Shown piece by piece: positions 60,636 through 64,000 of a stretch of DNA of 64,000 nucleotides; positions within the stretch are counted from its first letter, which is position 1; every line of letters begins with the position of its first letter. The notes below the pieces were generated by a model. It made no database searches, was not told the DNA's origin, and saw nothing but the letters and a program-made list of their open reading frames with translations. Position numbers and translations under genes: made by a program. Source of the stretch: a bacterium (GTDB lineage Bacteria; SAR324; NAC60-12); contig CBDBHR010000030.1 of assembly GCA_965205865.1 (NCBI GenBank), positions 1,120,001-1,184,000 on the forward strand, given 5' to 3'.

Positions 60636-60900
60636 ATGTGGATGAGAAGATTTACCAGACTGACAATTGCTTTTATTAAGAAACTTGAAAACCAACTTCA
60701 CATGCTGATTGAGTCTATACTTTGTATTTTACAACTTTGTAAAGGACGCTACGAGTTACCCTGCAATGGCTGCCGGTCTTTCTGATGAACTGAATGATGT
60801 TGAATGTATCGTAGGATTGGTTGATAACAGGCGGGAAATACCGAATCGTCCGAAGACATACGAGAAGAAAGTTGCTTAATTATCAAACTGAGACACCACC
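60636..60900 (+). mobile_element. IS1-like transposase 3' remnant with terminal repeat
   Basis: MRRFTRLT..KKLEN..YNF..PAMAAGL in broken frames; end tcaaactgagacaccacc. Confidence 0.65.
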
Positions 60901-60983
60901 TTTTAGCCAATTTTGTTGAAATGGGGGACTACAAACGATATGGTAAATTTTATATAGCTTTTACCGTTTAAGGATAAATTTTC

Positions 60984-63900
60984 ATGCCTTTGCTCAATCT
61001 CAAACCCAGCCACAAGGTCATCAAAGATTATTATCATTCCCTGGAACAATTTGACCAATATGGCGTCACCCATGAAATGGCGGTTCGTTCCGCATTTCAA
61101 ACGTTGCTAGGGTCATGTGGAAGGCAATTTAACTGGGTACTGGTCCCTGAATATCGTTTCAATCTGAAGAGCGGCAAGCATATTGTCATCGATGGTTCAT
61201 TGCTGGATAATTTCCATCTTGCCTATGGTTATTGGGAGGCAAAGGACATCCGCGACGATTTACCTATCGAAGTTTTGCGCAAGTTCGAAGCAGGTTATCC
61301 ACAGACCAACATTCTCTTCCAAACGCCCAAACAGGCCATCCTCTGGCAAAACGAGCAGCGGGTGCTCGATAACGACCTGAGCGACCCGAAACAATTGATC
61401 GAGTCCCTGGAGGCCTTCTTCTCCTACCGTCCGCGACAATACGTTGAATGGCAGGATGCGGTTGCGCAGTTCAAGGATAAGGTCCCCGAGATTGGACGAG
61501 GATTGGCCAAGCGCATCCAACAAGAACGGAAGAATAACCAGGACTTTATACACGCCTTTGCAGTCTTTCTGGAAAAATGTCGCGCCTCGATCAACCCCAA
61601 CCTCTCTGAGGCGGCAGTTGAGGAGATGCTGATACAACACCTTCTCACGGAGCGCATCTTCCGTACCGTCTTCAAAAACCCAGATTTCACCAACCGGAAT
61701 GTCATCGCCAGAGAAATCGAAACGGTGATCCATGCTCTCACCTCGCATACCTTCAGCCGACTTGAATTTCTGGGGAGTCTGGATCGCTTCTACAAGGCGA
61801 TCGAACAGACTGCGGAATCCATCAGCGATTTCTCACAGAAACAGTATTTCCTCAACACGGTCTACGAACAATTTTTCCAGGGCTTTTCCGTCAAGGTTGC
61901 TGATACTCATGGCATCGTCTATACGCCACAACCCATTGTAGACTTCATGGTGAAAAGCGTGGAGCAGATCCTGCGGAATGAATTTGATACGTCTCTTTCT
62001 GACAACGGGGTGCACGTCATCGACCCATTCGTCGGAACCGGTAATTTCATCGTCCGCGTCATGCGGCAGATCCTCAAGACAAAGCTGCAGGAAAAATATT
62101 CTCATGAGCTCCATTGTAACGAAATATTACTACTCCCTTACTACGTCGCTTCGATGAATATCGAACATGAGTATTACGAGGCAACAGGGACTTACCAGCC
62201 TTTTGAGGGGATCTGCCTTGCGGATACCTTCGACTTGGTTGAAATGAAAAACCGGGATCAACTCTTGCTTTTTACTCCTGAAAACACAAAACGCGTAGAA
62301 AAACAAAAGGAGACGCCGATGTTTGTGATTATCGGCAATCCTCCCTACAACGTCGGTCAGGTCAACGAGAACGACAACAACAAGAATCGAAAATACGAGA
62401 CGTTAGATAAGCGGGTTGCGGAGACCTATGCCGGAGACTCCCATGCGACAAGTAAAAAACCATTGTCTGATCCATACGTTAAGGCTATTCGTTGGGCATC
62501 CGACCGGATTGGAGATCAGGGGATCATCGCATTCGTCACCAACAACAGTTTCCTTGATAGCATCGCCTTTGATGGCATGCGGAATCGTCTCACAGAAGAT
62601 TTCGACGCGATTTATATGCTCGATTTGGGAGGCAACGTACGCAAGAATCCAAAACTCTCAGGCGCAACACACAACGTCTTTGGCATTCAAGTGGGCGTCT
62701 GCATCAATTTTTTCATAAAAAAAAAGAAGTTGGCGTCAACCCGGGCCTCAATCTTCTACGCTCGTGTTGATGAATGCTGGCGTAAGGAAAACAAGTATCA
62801 TTATCTTGATGACAGGGAACAGTCCCAAAACATCGAATGGCAACCGGTAACGCCTGACAAACAATATACATGGCTCACAGAAGGCATGCGCAGCGAATTC
62901 GAGGCCTTTATCCCCATAGGGAGTAAGGCGGCAAAGGCGAGAAAAGATGAGGCGATGGATGTGATTTTCAATCACTACAGTATTGGAGTCAGTACCAACC
63001 GTGATGCTTGGGCGTACAATTTCAAGCGGAACATGCTCACTGAAAACATGCAGCAGACGATCGATTATTACAACGAACAGGTGCTCAAATGGAAACGACC
63101 TGAAAATCTGAATACCAACGTAGATGATTTCGTAGTTAATGATGACACGAAAATCAGTTGGAGTGAGTCTTTGAAATTAAATTTGAATCGCGGAAGAAAT
63201 GCTGAATATAGTGAATTCAAAATACGAGATGCGCTTTATCGCCCCTTCACCAAGTCGAACCTATTCTTTGATCGCATTCTAAACGAAAGAGTTTACGGTT
63301 TCCCAGCCATTTTCCCCACACCTGAAACGGAAACCGAGAACCGCGTGATTTGCGTCAGTGGACTGGGCAGTAACAAACCTTTTCATACCTTGATGGCAGA
63401 AATGATTCCGTGTCTGGACATGTTGGAAAAAACCCAGTGCTTTCCCTTCTACACCTATGACGAGGACGGGACAAATCGGCGGGAAAACATCACGGGTTGG
63501 GCTTTGCAAGCATTCCGTTTCCAGTACCAGGACGAGACCATCAGTAAGTGGGACGTCTTCCATTACGTTTACGCAGTCTTGCATCACCCCTTCTACCGTG
63601 AAACATATCAGGCGAACCTCAAACGGGAATTGCCCCGTGTGCCCTTCCTCCTGGATTTCTGGAGTTACGTCAAAGTTGGGTGTCGGTTGGGGGAGATCCA
63701 TATTTCCTATGAAGACCAACCCGAATACCAGCTCGACTTAATAGAAAAACCCGGTCTGTCACTCGATTGGCGCGTCGAGAAGATGAAGCTCTCCAAAGAC
63801 AAGACTCAGATCCGCTACAATGATTTCCTCACCTTGGCCGGCATCCCACCCGAGGCATTCGATTACCGTTTGGGCAATCGCTCAGCCCTGGACTGGGTAA

Positions 63901-64000
63901 TCGATCAGTACCGCGTCAAAACTGACAAACGAAGCGGCATCACCAATGACCCCAATCGCCCAGACGACCCGCAGTACATCGTCAAGCTGATTGGCAAGGT
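60984..64000 (+). CDS. Single-polypeptide R-M enzyme (Type ISP-like/IIG, helicase-less), runs off window end
   Basis: Not in ORF track (no stop in window); IDG..WEAK nuclease-like motif, GIVYTPQPIVDFMV, DPFVGTGNF, IIGNPPY; same frame ends DDPQYIVKLIGK at 64000. Confidence 0.85.
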   Translation, partial: MPLLNLKPSHKVIKDYYHSLEQFDQYGVTHEMAVRSAFQTLLGSCGRQFNWVLVPEYRFNLKSGKHIVIDGSLLDNFHLAYGYWEAKDIRDDLPIEVLRKFEAGYPQTNILFQTPKQAILWQNEQRVLDNDLSDPKQLIESLEAFFSYRPRQYVEWQDAVAQFKDKVPEIGRGLAKRIQQERKNNQDFIHAFAVFLEKCRASINPNLSEAAVEEMLIQHLLTERIFRTVFKNPDFTNRNVIAREIETVIHALTSHTFSRLEFLGSLDRFYKAIEQTAESISDFSQKQYFLNTVYEQFFQGFSVKVADTHGIVYTPQPIVDFMVKSVEQILRNEFDTSLSDNGVHVIDPFVGTGNFIVRVMRQILKTKLQEKYSHELHCNEILLLPYYVASMNIEHEYYEATGTYQPFEGICLADTFDLVEMKNRDQLLLFTPENTKRVEKQKETPMFVIIGNPPYNVGQVNENDNNKNRKYETLDKRVAETYAGDSHATSKKPLSDPYVKAIRWASDRIGDQGIIAFVTNNSFLDSIAFDGMRNRLTEDFDAIYMLDLGGNVRKNPKLSGATHNVFGIQVGVCINFFIKKKKLASTRASIFYARVDECWRKENKYHYLDDREQSQNIEWQPVTPDKQYTWLTEGMRSEFEAFIPIGSKAAKARKDEAMDVIFNHYSIGVSTNRDAWAYNFKRNMLTENMQQTIDYYNEQVLKWKRPENLNTNVDDFVVNDDTKISWSESLKLNLNRGRNAEYSEFKIRDALYRPFTKSNLFFDRILNERVYGFPAIFPTPETETENRVICVSGLGSNKPFHTLMAEMIPCLDMLEKTQCFPFYTYDEDGTNRRENITGWALQAFRFQYQDETISKWDVFHYVYAVLHHPFYRETYQANLKRELPRVPFLLDFWSYVKVGCRLGEIHISYEDQPEYQLDLIEKPGLSLDWRVEKMKLSKDKTQIRYNDFLTLAGIPPEAFDYRLGNRSALDWVIDQYRVKTDKRSGITNDPNRPDDPQYIVKLIGK

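Overview
Bacterial chromosomal window; a Deltaproteobacteria/SAR324-like origin is an unverified impression from the protein sequences. It alternates core housekeeping blocks (hemA/C/B/H, pgsA, hisB/H, ndk, rsgA, rsmG, rlmN, thiI, larE, ribF, pyrC, surE) with three accessory zones. (1) ~1-17 kb: a peptide-type ABC importer without ATPase genes, a CoA ligase/double-hotdog pair, three toxin-antitoxin loci (one apparently an integron cassette with attC), and IS5, IS21 and Abi-like remnants. (2) ~31.8-43.9 kb: a defence island next to a duplicated rlmN 3' end. Here an intact Type III R-M system has four extra genes between mod and res: Vsr, a MORC/GHKL-ATPase-histidine kinase fusion, a receiver-domain protein with a non-HTH output, and a C5 cytosine methyltransferase. 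This apparent six-gene operon is the best candidate for an uncharacterised, phosphorelay-gated restriction/defence system. (3) ~58.5-64 kb: decayed and intact single-polypeptide R-M genes. The window also holds several MITE families whose terminal-inverted-repeat shells enclose GTCAT-type palindromes, one of them also carrying a GIY-YIG nuclease gene. No rRNA, tRNA or CRISPR array was found. All calls come from reading motifs by eye; no database searches were run.
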